From positions 1 through 64,000 of the forward strand of contig NW_026921466.1 of NCBI RefSeq assembly GCF_032062105.1: a DNA stretch of 64,000 nt, given 5' to 3'. Positions 63,701 through 64,000 of this stretch are shown here, in pieces. This stretch comes from Saccostrea cucullata. Its lineage: Eukaryota. How positions within the stretch are numbered: the stretch's first letter is position 1; every line of letters begins with the position of its first letter. A program made the translations under genes and the position numbers. The notes under the pieces are model-generated. The model was not told the origin of the DNA. It did no database searches and was given only the letters and a program-made list of their open reading frames with translations.

Positions 63701-63868
63701 ATTAAAGACTGTGGAATCCCAGTTGACTTTGTTTAGATCATTTTCTATATTTTTAAAATTAACATTATCATAATTTCTTATGGTGCGTTTATAAGCATAT
63801 TGTTTGAAAGTTTTATATTTTATATCAAAACTAACTGGTGAATGAGTACTACAGAATGGTGATGCTAT
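60716..63868 (-). mobile_element. CR1-group LINE (ORF2 from the end of the endonuclease domain to 3' UTR and tail)
   Basis: EN-end PFCSTHSPV, RT ORF, C-terminal Cys/His motif, 3' UTR ending aataaaa..(attaa)n; frameshifts at ~63390-63570 and ~61500. Confidence 0.88.
61504..63339 (-). CDS. LINE reverse transcriptase, open 611-aa segment of a disrupted ORF2
   Basis: GPDGI, NYRPISLT, QSGF, DISKAFDRVWH, GVPQGSVLGP, LFADD, RPILEY, STIRLWNNLP. Confidence 0.85.
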   Translation of the reverse strand: MPPIKSNGQILLHPLEKAEALNNYYSNVSSVDKSKTVPEHGPGPPLVTIENIIVTEQDVADQLNNLNVNKPPGPDGITPKILKQLSSSICKPLAKLFNKSFELKRLPNVWKQANITPVFKGKGSSDLVNNYRPISLTSAVGKIMEKIIFKYLYNFILENNILTKYQSGFQPNDSTVNQLVEIYNTIISNLDKGKDVRFIFCDISKAFDRVWHKGLLFKLESYGIQGTLLKWIENYLDDRVQRVAVNGFFSNFKPISAGVPQGSVLGPFLLLLYINDITDNLVNNTRLFADDTSLFIVVDNDVNAAAVSLTSDLDKINKWALTWGVDFNPTKTYNVNFTRSSNNHPPVQFGCNGSIISESRSHCHLGLPFQSDAKWTSHLNNLYEKACSRLNLLRMLKHLLDRSALVKVYFAFIRPILEYGSIVWDNCSQELLNLLENIQVEAARIITGLGKNSSRNALYFELGWEPLNKRRERQKLLLFYKTVYRISPLYLQEMVTPFMPPNHGYNLRNIDNFNFVISQARTVSYFNSFLPSTIRLWNNLPLETKCIESFSCFKNILKKPASNRIKDVKIFHYGNRKENIINCQLRNESSNLNAHLYNQYLSEIASCTKCG

Positions 63869-64000
63869 GTTACAACGCGAAATGTAATAACAACGCGAAA
63901 TGTAATAAACCTGGATTATCACATTTTGCGTTATTACATTGTGCGTTGACATCAACGCAGAATGTAATAACGCAAAATGTAACAACATATTTTGGAGAAT
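63869..64000. repeat. End of another repeat element interrupting the LINE
   Basis: Tandem and inverted aacgc(g/a)aaatgtaataa motifs begin where LINE homology stops. Confidence 0.55.

Overview
AT-rich, intron-containing eukaryotic DNA dominated by transposable elements. The repeat families (Helentron/HINE elements carrying ~170-bp satellite arrays, Deu-domain-like SINEs with (ATCA)n tails, Penelope-like RT) point to a bivalve, probably an oyster; this is inference. The only host gene I can support is a minus-strand secreted tandem-WSC-domain gene: a signal-peptide exon at 29860-29794, four two-exon WSC modules and the start of a fifth. Module 2 has a +1 frameshift. The fifth module is cut inside its exon by a 6.5-kb PIF/Harbinger transposon (11059-17552). 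That element's two convergent spliced genes, a 349-aa DDE transposase and a 266-aa Myb/SANT-like protein, both assemble without stops, but its left flank is not the rest of the WSC exon. Also present: a full-length but disabled Mag-like Gypsy element with identical 100-bp LTRs ending TG...TA, a deleted Tc1, a CR1-group LINE, and relics of Crypton-like tyrosine recombinase, ISL2EU-like, DUF6729-like and Penelope-like elements. Many nested MITEs, SINEs and HINEs fill the rest. Exon structures were assembled by hand from GT-AG sites and reading frame. Family names come from motif recognition, not database searches.
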